From Callorhinchus milii (taxonomy: Eukaryota), in contig NW_024704743.1 in NCBI RefSeq assembly GCF_018977255.1, positions 31,746,001-31,810,000 of the forward strand: a DNA stretch of 64,000 nucleotides, written 5' to 3'. The translations under genes were made by a program, and so were the position numbers. Under the pieces are notes generated by a model, which saw only the letters and a list, made by a program, of their open reading frames with translations, made no database searches and was not told the DNA's origin. Of this stretch, positions 1-11,898 are shown one piece after another. Position 1 is the first letter of the stretch. Each line of letters starts with the position of its first letter.

Positions 1-840
1 TTGCTGAGATGAAATGGAAGTGCTGGTTAATTAGGACTCGAACTATGCAAGTGCCTTCTCACTAAGGTGGATGAGGGAGGAGAGGCGGTGGAGAAGGATG
101 GCATGGTCAACTGTGTCGAACGTGGCAGAGAGATCTAAGAGGATGAGGAGGCAGAGGGAGCCCTGGTCACAGATAGTGAGGACGTTGTTTGTGACTTTGA
201 CAAGCGCTGTCTCTGTGCTGTGGGCAGGGTGAAAGCCAGACTGAAGGGGCTAAAGGAGGGAGTGGAGGGAGAGGTGTGACCAAAGTTGACCTGCAAATAT
301 GCATTCAGGAATTTGGCAATGAAGGATAGGTTGGAGATGGGATGGTAGTGTGAGAGATTATGGGGATTGAAGGTTGGTTTTTTGAGAAGGGGTGTGATAA
401 CAGCGGTTTTCAGGGGGAGTGGCACAGAGCCTGAGGAGAGAGTCTGGTTGACCTTGTTGGCCAGCAAGGGGGAAGAGGAGGGGGAGTTGAGTGACCATAG
501 CTGGGTGGGGAGGGGATCGAGGTAGCCGGTGGTGAACTTCATCCGGGTGATTGTTGTTGAGTGGGAGGAGGGAGAAATGGGGGCAAAGGAGTGTAAGGAG
601 GGGGTAGGGGCAGGAGCTGTGGCGCAGGGGGAAGGCAGTGTGGATGGTCTGCATGGAGTGGAAGGGGACATGGCGGGGAGGACGATGCAGCCAAGCAGAT
701 GTTTTCAATCTTTGAGGTGACGAAGTCTAGGAGCTCTTCGCACTTGGCGTTTTATGTGAGGATAGAGGGGGATTGAGGGCGTGTACGGAGAAGGTGATGG
801 ACGGTGGAAAACAGCGTCTTTCGGTTGTTGTTTGCTTCCA
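1..840 (-). mobile_element. Degenerate L2-clade LINE ORF2 fragment (pre-RT region), runs off the window edge
   Basis: ORF 135..671(-) gives LSSGSVPLPLKTAVITPLLKKP..YHPISNLSFIAK, homologous to the L2 at 15892-16851; frameshifted. Confidence 0.9.
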
Positions 841-1604
841 GGATGACTTTAAAAAGAGGGAGGGAACGTTTATACATTTGGCATCTGTACAAACTTTCAA
901 TGTCCATGCCTAAACCAGAGGAAGCACAAAGAATGGTTTCAGATCTTTCTAATATGAACGTTCAGTCAGTAAAATTCTAAGCAGGAATCAGCACTTGAAT
1001 GTCATGAAAAGCATCTTTCTCTTTCAATACAAGCGCCTCTGTGTAGCTGCAGTCACATGCTCGATTGGCTTTGCTTGAGAGCTGAAGTTTACACTGCTGA
1101 ATCCATCCTTCTAAAACGATTCTGACATGCGGAACATATGTAGCGTAGCTGGCAGCATCTGTACAGGGGTCTGACAGTTGATGGCAGCTCCTTCATTTAT
1201 TGAAGCACTTCCATGACGCTCTGTCTTTTGTTGTCAATCATCAATTCATTGCAGCGATGTTTCGAAATATAGTAGAAATGAAAGTGACAGGGGGAGTAGG
1301 CACTGACTAATAAGAAATAGTCCCATTGCAAGATGCAGGCAAATGGATTAAAAACACACGTTACCTTTATTTCTGCAACAAACAAGTCTATTTCTGTGAA
1401 CTGGTGCACTGAAGCCAGAATCCACACTTTGTACGGTTTCCACAGCAATAACTCTCAGCATGCTATCGGTGATAAAAAAACATATTTTTCAAACTCTTTC
1501 TTTCAACAAGAAATCACAATGTTGCTATCCTACCCTGGAGATTAATTGTTGTTGTCTTATTTGTTTTTGCAGCATTTGTGGCAATAGATAAATTGCTAAG
1601 TACA

Positions 1605-2230
1605 TAAAAAAGGAGGTTGTGGGTTCAAGCCACAAGTCATGTCATGTCGGGTCTTTGAGCACATGGTCTTAACAGGCACTCTAAAATGTGCAGGGCATGT
1701 GCTGCATTGAGCATCCTTTGGATGAGATATTAAACTGAGGTACAGGCTGCCTGTTCAGGTGGGCATTAAGATCTCATGGCATGATTTGAAAAGAGAAGGG
1801 AGTTTCTCCCAGATTCTTGGCCAACAATCTCCCAGATCGAAAATTGATCACTCATTTCTTGGCTGTTTGTGCGACATTGCTGTGTGCAAATTAACTGTCA
1901 CATTCACCTATAAATACATACAACAACAACAACAACAAGATTCCATTTATAGAGCGCCTTTCACGTCAGGAGGACGTCCCAAGGCGCTGCACAGTTGGGT
2001 CATGACCCGAGCAGGGGGGAAATGGTCAGGGTGAGGGGAGGGAAGGGAGGGAGAGAGGAGGGGGGAAATGGTCAGGGTGAGGGGAGGGAAGGGAGGGAGC
2101 GAGGAGGAGGAAGAGAGTCGAGAGGGGAGCTGAAGGCACGGTCAAAGAGAATCCCTACACTTCACAGAAACATTGTGAAATGTTTTAAGACATTTAACAT
2201 TCTAGGTTCTATCAAAGAAGAATTATTATT
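1605..2230 (+). mobile_element. Old Deu-domain (SacSINE1-like) SINE, interrupted by an L2 3' end at 1921-2148
   Basis: ggttgtgggttcaagcc B-box region, ttggatgagatattaaactgagg...aagatctcatggca core and gctgtgtgcaaatt; a degraded tail resumes after 2148. Similar to the copies at 10752, 39150 and 53615. Confidence 0.7.
1921..2148 (-). mobile_element. Young L2 3' end (5'-truncated) with (TTG)n tail
   Basis: Reverse complement of 7195-7426 with 1 mismatch by eye; also matches 14587-14766. Confidence 0.95.
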
Positions 2231-2454
2231 ATTTTAAAAGGAACAAATTTGATCCTTGGGAATGCATCACTAGGAGGGTAAAACTATGGTCACTATGGTC
2301 TAATCCCAGCTCACATTCTCTATTAGTGGGTGAATTATTAATGCTTGGTGAATTCTGCTTCACAATGATAGGAAGAGCTGTAAATCAATTAGTGACTATC
2401 CTCTGTGGTAATCCCTCGAAAAATAAAAGGAGCTACAAATTCTCTGGTCACCCA

Positions 2455-2729
2455 TGTGTGGTACTGAGCCAAACACTGTGAGAAGGCCCCAGGTTTGATC
2501 TACACTTTGCATTGAGTTTGCTGGGCTGGGTGAACACTTGTTACAATTAACTTCTGTTCTTATGGCTAAGGATGGAATAAAACCAGCCACCTCCATGCTC
2601 TTCATCACTACCTAATGACTAACCTCACCCATGGATGGTGGTCGGTTGGATGAGATATCGAACGACAATTAGTTCCTGTGGAACCATACTCTAGGAATGA
2701 GTTAGTACCTTTGGAGAGAAGGAAGAATG
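2455..2729 (+). mobile_element. Ancient SINE, AmnSINE2-like
   Basis: gtgtggtactgagcc..gaaggccccaggtttgatc start and gtggaaccatactc..ccttt ggagagaagg end resemble the AmnSINE2 consensus as I recall it; second copy at 36265. Confidence 0.55.
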
Positions 2730-4145
2730 AAAAAGAACTAATTATCAAATAATGAATGTAATAGAATAAGAGTTTCAGTCAAAGACATGCACAGGCAATC
2801 TGATATAGCTTTGAATTGGACGTCTAGTCCACTCTGTGCAGTAACATTTTTCATAGTTCATAATATTTAAGTGTTCACATACGCAGGGTAAGATGGAGCA
2901 GCTGCAGTGTAGCATGCCAAGGGATATGTGGAGCCTTTATTAAAAGGATATCATCACCCTTGAAGATGGAAAGTTTCGGGACTTAGGAAGCATAGTGTGT
3001 TTATTAAAGGGCTATTGCCATTCTTGAATTTGAAAAACTTCAGATGAAATATCCAAGGAATTTATAACTGCTCTCTAGCACACATCTACTAGTTTGGACA
3101 CCTACTCAAATAATCCCTGCAGATCAGTGAAGCATGATTATTGCTTTTGAATCTATGCCTACTACTGTGTATGGCTCTGTGTTCTCTAGATGAGTATTGA
3201 TGGAATTCCGTGCCGTGCTATCGTGCATTTTCCCCACTGCAGATGTTGGACAAAGTGAATTCAATTTTCTACTTTTGTGCTTCACTTCCTTTTTGGAATA
3301 TCTCTACAGTGATGTTCTTTTACTTGGGTGACAACAAGGCTGGTTTCATCTATGTGTACTTGTAATTAACGAGGTCTGTTAGTCATTACGTATTGGTAAT
3401 TGACAAGGTCTGCTGCTTATTATGTACTTTAATACATACAAAGCATGGTATTTCCTGGTATCAAACTGTCAACTCAAACTTCACATTGTTTCATGAATCA
3501 CGTGCTTTCATACATTTTACGAATTCATGCTTCATCTCATTATTGTTCGGTTTTGTTGCCTCTTCTGTGTTCAGCTTTCTTTTGGCCAATAGGTATTTTG
3601 AGTGTGAGTGTGTGTATTATAAGGAATACAATGTAGCAGGAGTGTCCTCCAAGGCAATAACACATCTCTGGGTTTAGATGACATTGATAAGTCACTCATG
3701 CTTTCCTCTTATGGTTTGTGCTCCAAACAATGTTGACATCTGTGTGAATGTGATACGGTATGTGCACTAATTGGAACTGGCCCCATCGAGCATATGGAAA
3801 CTATGCAGATAATGGGTACATCACAATACAATACAAATTGGCTACAGAGCTCACAAAACACTTCTTCCACCAGGAGCAGCTGTGGCCCATCATAAGAGGC
3901 AAGAGAGGCTATATTGTGTCTATTGGCTATTGCAATGGAATACAAATCTCTTTTAACACTAGTCTTTCTCCGAGCATTAGAAGCACTGTGAAACTGAAGC
4001 AGGCTCAGTTTCTATTGGCTCCCTCAATGGAAACCCTGGGCTCAAAAGAGGTTGGTATAACAGACAGGATTGTTATTTAGCTTCCTCCTTATTGAAGGAC
4101 TGATCAGAAGTTATGCTGGCACTATATGATCACTCTGTTCCACTG

Positions 4146-4295
4146 TCTCTCTCTTTCTCTTTTGCCTCTTCTCACTGATTCTTTCCTTCTCTCTGAAACT
4201 CTACTTTTGTCTCTAATTCTCCAACTTTCTCTCTCACTCTCTCTCGCTGTCTCTCTCTCACACAATCACACTCGTTGGCCTTCTCTCTCTCTGTT
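4146..4295. repeat. Degenerate (CT)n low-complexity tract
   Basis: Runs of ctctct are directly visible. Confidence 0.85.
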
Positions 4296-5419
4296 TATCT
4301 TTCCCTAAACTTGCACTGTTCCCATAATAAAATACTGAATAAATGGTTCACCGTCATGTGTTGCATAAGTACTGCACCACCTTTATATCCCCGTACTTCT
4401 CCATCGGAGTGTGATGCGGATAAGGTGGCATATTGATACTGTAGTTGGCTTGTAGAAATGTGGTATTCTACTGCCATATGGTTAGCACTGTTTTCTTAAA
4501 ACCTGTGATCTCTGACCACAGAACAGTAACACGTGTGATAGGGACAGAATTATTGAAAGAGAAAGGCAGAACATCATATGCTTATGCTTGTGCTGCATGC
4601 TGAGCAAAGCTCACGGTACACTTATCAGCCCTGTGTTCCCTGTTCCCACTAACCTGGGCCAGGCTATTATAGCTCTTCATCTACTGTAGGAGGCACCCCA
4701 CCATTGTAATAAAAATAAGTTTGTTGTGCACAGCAGTGTTTCGCCACTTTATTCAGGTCTATTCCAAATGTCTCTGAACACCATTTACCACATTAAACGT
4801 TGTGGCTAACGCAGAGACAACATTGTCAACTGCAGGTGAGGTGCCCAATTAGCGCTTGGAGCAAAAGCCATGATTTCTCTTGTGTCTTGACTAATGATTG
4901 ATTTCTTCAGGTGTGTTTGTCATCCCTGAAAACATTCCTTATCTTAAAAAATTATCTTTAATACTGTTATCATCAATGAATCACTGATGGCCTTTAATAG
5001 GAACAGGAGCAGGCATTTCAGAAGTGTTTAAGCTCATAATGATGCATCTGTTCCTTACAAACTGAAGACTTTCCAAACAATTAAGCTTTGGGGAGCTTTA
5101 CTGGTTACATTGACCCCTACTTTCACAATCATACTGAAACATTGTCCCCAGCTTTGTTTTCTTCAATTCTGTAGCAAGCCAAATGTAAGAATTATTATGT
5201 CATCTTTGATGAAACAATTCTGAACACATTCTTGTTCAAGCTTTACATTTTTCTTTACAGAAAAGGATCTGCAAATCTGACTTTTGTGTGAAATACTGTT
5301 TCCAATGCTAGTATGAAACATGAATTCACAATTTAATATGTACATTAAGTTCATAAACCTTATTGACCAAAACTTCCAATTAGTGAAAACCTGAATTAAT
5401 TGCCATTTGCTTTTGGTCA

Positions 5420-5890
5420 ACTATCATCATGCTTAAAGATGTCCAAACCAGACTAAGAGTTCCACATATTTGTGCATTCTACACATGGCAATTTCCCCGT
5501 GTTTGGAAGGAAATGAGAAATCTCTCCCTGAAGGGATGCATTCCCAACTTACCTATTTCCAGAGAGTATTAAGTGCGATGAGAGATAAGGTTTGGGGACC
5601 CTAGAGTATGTGGCTTGGGGTACTGCTAGAGTTTAATCAGCTAAAACCACAAAGATTGGTATTAAGAGCACTGCCTGACAAGTTTCCCATTGCTGGTCCA
5701 GATAAGACCACTCTACCCTTTTGATGTTCATGGATAACAGGAAGAATCCCTGCTCCCAGTGATTGGTTGGCCTCTCCAGGTCCTACAAATGAGCCAGGTT
5801 GGCCAGTCTGTCATCAGCAGTGTCCTGGAGTACTGAGGATCCATCTGGCTCAGGAACTGAGACTGCCACAGAGGGTGACTCAATTCTGAT
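5420..5890 (-). repeat. Unassigned interspersed repeat (family X), long copy
   Basis: Aligns by eye with 48748-49260, 32540-32840 and 33788-34018 (tccaaacc; agggatgca; ggggtactgct..gtttaa.cagctaaaacc; ctgagga....tggctca). Confidence 0.8.
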
Positions 5891-6004
5891 ATTCTGTTGT
5901 CATGCACTTGGAGACAGTTCAGCTGCAAAAAGACTCTGTTTATCTCATCAAAGTAGTATGGTCACTAGTTGATCATTTGCCATCTGAGAAGAGCAGGTTT
6001 GAAT

Positions 6005-6165
6005 CCCTGGCTCCCTCCCTCCCTCTTACTATAACCCTCCCCCTCCCTCACCATGTCACTCCCCCTCCTTCACCATTGTTGCTCCCCCTCCCTCACCATG
6101 CCTTCACTCTCACCATGCCTCCCCGCTCCCCTCATTGTGTCCCTGTCCCTCCCTCACCATGTGCT
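6005..6165. repeat. C/T-rich minisatellite-like tract, unit about ccctccctcaccatg
   Basis: The (c)tcaccatg motif recurs about 5 times. Confidence 0.7.
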
Positions 6166-6789
6166 GGTTAACAGTAGCAGGGTTTACATTTATGGACTAA
6201 AACGAGTCTGATTTCATTGAGTGGCACGAGTTAGAAATGGTGATGATAGTGGAATTCTGTAGTGAGCTACAATTGAGGCTTGTAGCCAATGGCACCAGAA
6301 ATCATACCCTTGCAACATACATTAATGTTACAACTACAGTAGCCTTGTGTGGTTTAGACTCATTTCAGACCTCTCTGGTCGACATTTGCCATTTGCTGCA
6401 TAAATTAGCTATAAACATTGTGTGTTACAAACAAACTGTTCCTCATTTCATAAGGGCAGCTCATTATAACTGTTTCCCTGGACAGTTTTGAGAATATTGG
6501 CAAGTTAAACATGAGCTCCTTTTGCAAAGAAATAGAATTTTCTTAGAATAGAGTATACCAGAGTAAAGGTTATATATTTGGACATGCTTAGAATCGAAAA
6601 TACAGTACTTTGAATCGTTGGGTATGAAAAGTAGGCTCACAAACATGAACTACTGTTTTCAAAGTTGAGACAAAATTGCAACAAATTGGATGGTCTACAT
6701 CAGTATGTGTCTTTGACATGTTGGATATTGGTGAGCACTGATTGACGTAACATCCCTTAGCCTTAGTTCTAATTCTTTAACTCTCTCTC

Positions 6790-7426
6790 TCTCCTCGCCG
6801 GCCTTCCCGCCACCTCCCTCCACAAGCTGCAGGTCATTCAGAACTCTGCAGCTCGTGTACTGTCCCGCACCAGGCTTCGCGATCACATCACTCCCACCCT
6901 CGCTCGCCTCCACTGGCTCCCCATCCCCCAGAGGATTGATTTCAAGATCCTCATCCTCACCTACAAGGCCATTCACGGCCTTGCTCCCTCCTACCTCTCC
7001 AACCTACTATCCCCCTACCTACCTGCCCGTACCCTCCGTTCCTCTGGCTCCGGTCTGCTCCACGTCCCCCGCCCCAACCGCCCTACTATCGGTGGTCGGG
7101 CCTTCAGCCTCTCAGCCCCCAGGCTCTGGAACTCCATCCCCAGTGCCTTCGCCGCTTCCTCCCTTTCCTCCTTCAAGGCCGGTCTCAAAACCTTTCTCTT
7201 TGACCGTGCCTTCAGCTCCCCTCTCGACTCTCTTCCTCCTCCTCGCTCCCTCCCTTCCCTCCCCTCACCCTGACCATTTCCCCCCTCCTCTCTCCCTCCC
7301 TTCCCTCCCCTCACCCTGACCATTTCTCCCCTGCTCGGGTCATGACCCAACTGTGCAGCGCCTTGGGACGTCCTCCTGACGTGAAAGGCGCTCTATAAAT
7401 GGAATCTTGTTGTTGTTGTTGTTGTT
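6790..7426 (+). mobile_element. Young 5'-truncated L2 (ORF2 C-terminus, 3'UTR, (TTG)n tail)
   Basis: Near-identical reverse complement of 14587-15172; encodes ..[39 protein letters not shown].. Confidence 0.95.
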
Positions 7427-7944
7427 TATGTTGAATGATCAATGAATAGGTATGATCCAGGGATCAGTGAGGCTTTATTTGGGGGGGTTGGGGGTGTGGA
7501 GAAATAATATCAAAACATCACAATATAATAGAGAGCAACAATCTGAAATAATATGGCAGCTTTCACATTGGGAGGAACTCTCAAAGTGCTTCATAGGATT
7601 TATTATAACATGTATTTTTTAAGTGAACGGAATTGAATTTCATAGAATCATAGAAATTTACAGCCAGAAGGAGCCATTCTTGTGCCCCTCAATGACACGA
7701 GACTCATTTTAGTCCATAGCGTTCCTTTTTGTCTTACAATTTCAGATCACTGACTACCAAATTCAGACTAAATGTAACAATGAAAAATTCTTCCATTTAG
7801 TCTGAATTTGGAAGCTGTTTCTTTTTAGGAATACAAAACTAGTCTAATGTATTCTGCTCTATAAGAACATCCTGTATGTAGGGCACTATATAAATGCAAG
7901 TTGTTGTTGTTGAACACTGAATAATTAGCAGTGGGTGGTATTGC

Positions 7945-8277
7945 GGAGTCCTGTAGCTCAGTGGTTAGAGCACTCGCTTTGCAAGTGAGAGACCTGAGTT
8001 CAATTCCAGGCAGGGCGAAACCTTGGGCAAGTTTCCTTACTCCACACGCCTAATAATAATCCCTCCAAAAAAAAAAAAAAAAAACAATAATTAAATTGGT
8101 CATTTTCAATCTACGACTGTTTGTGGGACATTGCTGTGCGCAATTGGCTGCCGCGTTCGCCCACAAATATACAGTCAATTCACTTTACAGTGTGTTCTGT
8201 GAAGCGCTTTGGGACGTCCTCCCGACGTGAAAAGCGCTATATCAAATGCAAGGATTATTATTATTATTATTATTATT
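7945..8277 (+). mobile_element. Full-length tRNA-derived SINE, short subfamily, with L2-type tail and (TTA)n
   Basis: A box tagctcagtgg, TGC anticodon-like loop, B box gttcaattcc, tail agcgctttgggacgtcctcccgacgtgaaaagcgct; TSD tattgc at 7939-7944 and 8274-8279. Confidence 0.95.
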
Positions 8278-8340
8278 GCATAAAACCATTTTATAAACAT
8301 GCAACTTACAGGTGTCACAGTATTAAAGTTACTATATTGT

Positions 8341-8530
8341 AATAATACTCCTTGCATTTGATATAGGACCTTATTACGTCAATGAGATGTTGCAAAGCGC
8401 TTCACTGTAAAGTGGATTGACTGTGTATTTTGTGGGTGAAACACATCAACCAGTTACACACAGTAATATCCCACAAATAGCCATGGAGAGAGTGACAAAT
8501 TTTATTTGGGGGATTTGTTAGCCAGGACAT
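8341..8530 (-). mobile_element. Older SINE 3' half
   Basis: aataatactccttgcatttgatat..gcgcttcac..cccacaaa is the reverse complement of the SINE tail. Confidence 0.8.
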
Positions 8531-8749
8531 ATTATCAGAATATTTGATGAGATATTATAAATATAGTTCACAGAATTGGTAGAGATGGATCTGAACTGAG
8601 TTCTGGACATGAATTGACCCAAACTGTGACATTTGAGGTTAATAATAAAAAATAATAAGCCTTGCATTAACTCCTTGAAGTTTCTCCAGTGTTACTTTTT
8701 GAAACCAATTGAGCAGAAAGAGGACGTATTACAAAGTGTGGTTGTCGAG

Positions 8750-8912
8750 CAGGATCCATATTAACTTTCAAGAAGGAACTAGATAAATATCTAAAAAGGA
8801 GTCATTTGTAGTGGTATTGTGGAAAAGGCAGGTAAAAGGGATGAAATGGATTGTTCTTTCAAAGATCCAGTGTGGACACGATAGGTCAAATGACCTTCTG
8901 GACTGTGAAGTC
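8750..8912 (+). mobile_element. Old CR1 3'-end fragment
   Basis: ttcaagaaggaactagataaatat..ggtcaaatgaccttct; paralogous to 46565-46780, 35570-35830 and 59520-59700. Confidence 0.65.
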
Positions 8913-9560
8913 CTAAGGCCCTTGCTTTTCCACAGTGCTTTCTGGAGCTAGTCTCGATTGATGCAAAACTCGATCATTATAGTGAACAAAAGGATTGTCA
9001 TTGGAATGCTAAAGAGTGTGATTAGATTGCTGGAAATGTGAAAAGCAGAAGTGTAATATACTGCAGAACTGCTTTAATTTGACATAGTGATCGCATCATT
9101 TTCTGCCGTTCCAGTCATCAAAGCTAGCCTTGAGGTGCCCACGTCCATCTTTCACTTCACTTAAGCTGCTAATGAGCCATTCGGTGCGATACTAGCCACA
9201 CTTCTCTAACAAATCATGGTGATGTCGTCTCCACATGCCAAGTAAGGAGCTCCAGCTTACTTAATCAGAGTGCAATATCCATCTCTGCCAAGCATTTCAC
9301 AAGGTCTGCCTGAAGCTATAATAGTAGATTTTCTTGCCTTGATCGCATTAAGCTCCAGTTAGTGGCTGGGTTACATTAGTCATAAATATAAATGTATTGC
9401 TGTCCAATTGCTTTGTTCCACCAAGTATCTTTTCAGTGAAGTTCAAAATGACAGTATTCTTAAAGTATCCCTGCGGATAATCAAGGAATAGAATGCTTTT
9501 AAGAAAATCCCAATTTTGACCAAAAACCTTTATAATTTTAATTCAGTTTTGAACCTGTCA

Positions 9561-10750
9561 TAACATAACATAACATAAAATGTAGGAGTAGGAATAGGCC
9601 ATTTGGCCCTTCGAGCCTGCCCCACCATTCAATCATGGCTGATCTTCTTATCTAAATCCAGCCAATAACCTGACCCTGCCTTATCCCCATATCCCTTAAT
9701 CCCTTTTGCAATAAGAAATCTATCTATCTCAGTCTTGAATATGTTCAACGACTGAGCGTCAACAACCCTTTGGGGTAGCGAGTTCCATACATTCACCACC
9801 CTTTGAGTGAAGAAATTCTTCCTCAACTCAGTGCAAAAGGGCTGGCCTCTGATTTTAAGGTTGTGACCCCTAGTTTTAGTTTCTCCCACCAGGGGAAACA
9901 ATCTCCCACTATCTACTCTGTCATGCCCTTTGATGATCTTATAGGTTTCTATAAAATCCCCTCTAATTCTTCCATATTCTAGAGAATATAGGCCCGAATT
10001 GGTCAGCCTATCCTCATAACTCATCCCCTTCATCCCTGGTACTAACCTAGTAAATCTACGCTGCACCCCCTCCAAGGCAAGTATGTCCTTCCTTAAATAA
10101 GGAGACCAAAACTGCACACAGTATTCCAGGTGTGGTCTCACCAAGGCCCTATACAGTTGCAGCAAGACTTCCCTACCCTTATACTCTAATCCTTTCATAT
10201 TGAATGATAACATACCGTTCGCCTTTTTTTTAAAGGTTATCCTCTGTGTTGACATTTCCTCTTAGTTTTGTGTCATCCGCGAATTTAGATATATTAACTT
10301 CGATGTCCTCATCTAGATCGTTGATGTAGATGGTAAATAGCTGAGGCCCAAGGACTGATCCTTGTGGCACTCCACTAGTCACATCCCGCCAATCTGCAAA
10401 GAACCCGTTTATCCCTACTCTTTGTTTCCTACCCATTAACCATTCCCCAATCCACGTTAATATGCTCCCCCCAATTCCGTGGGCCCCTATCTTTTGGACC
10501 AACCTTTTATGCGGCACCTTATCGAATGCCTTCTGGAAGTCCAAATAGACCAGATCCACTGATTCACCCTTATCTAGTTTACTCGAAATATCCTCAAAAA
10601 ATTCTGTGAGATTTGTCAAACATGACTTCCCTTTTGTAAAGCCATGTTGACTTGGCCTAATTATATTGTGCTCCCCTAAATACCACACTACCATATCCTT
10701 AATCAACGATTCTAAAATGTTTCCTATCACTGATGTGAGACTAACTGTCA
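9561..10750 (-). mobile_element. CR1-clade LINE, 5'-truncated, with internal deletion and (ATGTT)n tail
   Basis: ORFs 10230..10751 ([33 protein letters not shown]) and 9629..10255 (LYRALVRPHLEYCVQFW, TRGHNLK). Confidence 0.95.
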
Positions 10751-10751
10751 A

Positions 10752-11031
10752 CCTAGCTCAGTTGTTAACACTATCACCTCTGAGTCAGAAGGTTGTGGGT
10801 TCAAGTCCCATGTCAGGACTTCAACATTTTTAGTCGCAGCTGACAATCCATTGTGGTGTTGCATTGTTGGAGGTGTCACCCTTCAGTTGAGACATTAAAC
10901 TGAGGTTCCGTCTTCCTGTTTGGGTGAACATTAAAGATCTAAAGGCATGGCTCGAAAAGTGAGGGGAGTTTCTCGCGGTGTCCTGGCCAATAATCGCTCA
11001 GATAATATTGATCATTTGTTTCATGGGACAT
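10752..11031 (+). mobile_element. Deu-domain (SacSINE1-like) SINE, 5' part
   Basis: tagctcagttg..ctctgagtcagaaggttgtgggttcaagtccc..gagacattaaactgagg..ggtgtcctggccaa. Confidence 0.75.
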
Positions 11032-11322
11032 TTCTGAGGCTGAAGGCACGATCCCTGATGGTGGAGCGGAGGGGAGGAGGGACAAACAGGAGGCCGGAGC
11101 CAGCCGAGTAGAGGCAGCAGGTGGTGGAGGGGGGGGTAAGCAGATCGGATAGGTAGGGAGGTGTGAGGGCATGAAGGGATTTGGAAGCAAGTGAGAGGAT
11201 CTTGAAATCGATCCATTCGGTAATTGGAAGCCAGTGGAGCCTGGCAAGGACTGGTGTGATGGAGGTACAGAGTTTTGTGCGGGTGAGTAACCAGACAGCG
11301 GAGTTTTGAATTAATTGGATAG
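11032..11322 (-). mobile_element. Older L2 ORF2 C-terminal fragment
   Basis: ORF 11021..11326: [31 protein letters not shown]. Confidence 0.88.
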
Positions 11323-11898
11323 CCACTTTTCCGTGAGCCCAGGAATGTCTAATTGCTCATCCAAGATGAGGTCGTGGATTGTGAGAGCTTTATAGATATT
11401 TATGGATTCTATGCCACTCATGTAGTCTTTATGAGAGAAAATTGTGTCAATTTCTCCCTGACTGAAAAGGTAATCGAATGAAATTTCAGAATCAATCTTT
11501 ACCGCACCGTTTTGAAAAACCTGACTAGTCGCTTTCCACAGCTACCATTTCCATGGACGCATGAATGAAATGGGAATCAATTACTAGTTATGAATTAATC
11601 CTTGTATCTTGTGCCTTGCAAGTCCTATCCCATTTTAGAGGACAAGATTCTGGTTCTCTCGCTATATATTGCTCAATGGTATTGGATTTCTAATAAGTAT
11701 GTTAAATGACAGATGGCTGGAAATTCGCACAGTGCTCTGCTCTGACAGACTGCAAGTGGCAGTACAATTGGTGTATGATTCATTGCCACATTACCACACA
11801 ATTAGTTTTGCCCCAGTTCAAGAGGTGTGCCAGTGATACATCTCGTGCCATTGAAAATATATTTATGTGACTTGAAGATCAGAGCAGAAACCACTCAT

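Noticed and set aside
3765..4025. Four ATTGG (reverse CCAAT) motifs as a promoter or repeat array
   Set aside because: Irregular spacing, no CpG island or linked exon; compatible with chance or a decayed repeat.
4370..4432. Imperfect hairpin ccacctttatatcc / ggataaggtgg
   Set aside because: Needs several bulges; too weak to call without folding statistics.
6855..7319. Pro/Ser-rich ORFs (also 14629..15432) and polyQ ORFs (1759..2034, 14449..14748)
   Set aside because: Alternative frames of the C-rich L2 strand; the QQQ runs are the antisense (CAA)n L2 tail.
7945..8020. tRNA-Ala(TGC) genes at the SINE heads
   Set aside because: The acceptor stem is not complementary, copies are diverged, and each continues into a common SINE body and tail, so these are tRNA-derived heads rather than tRNA genes.
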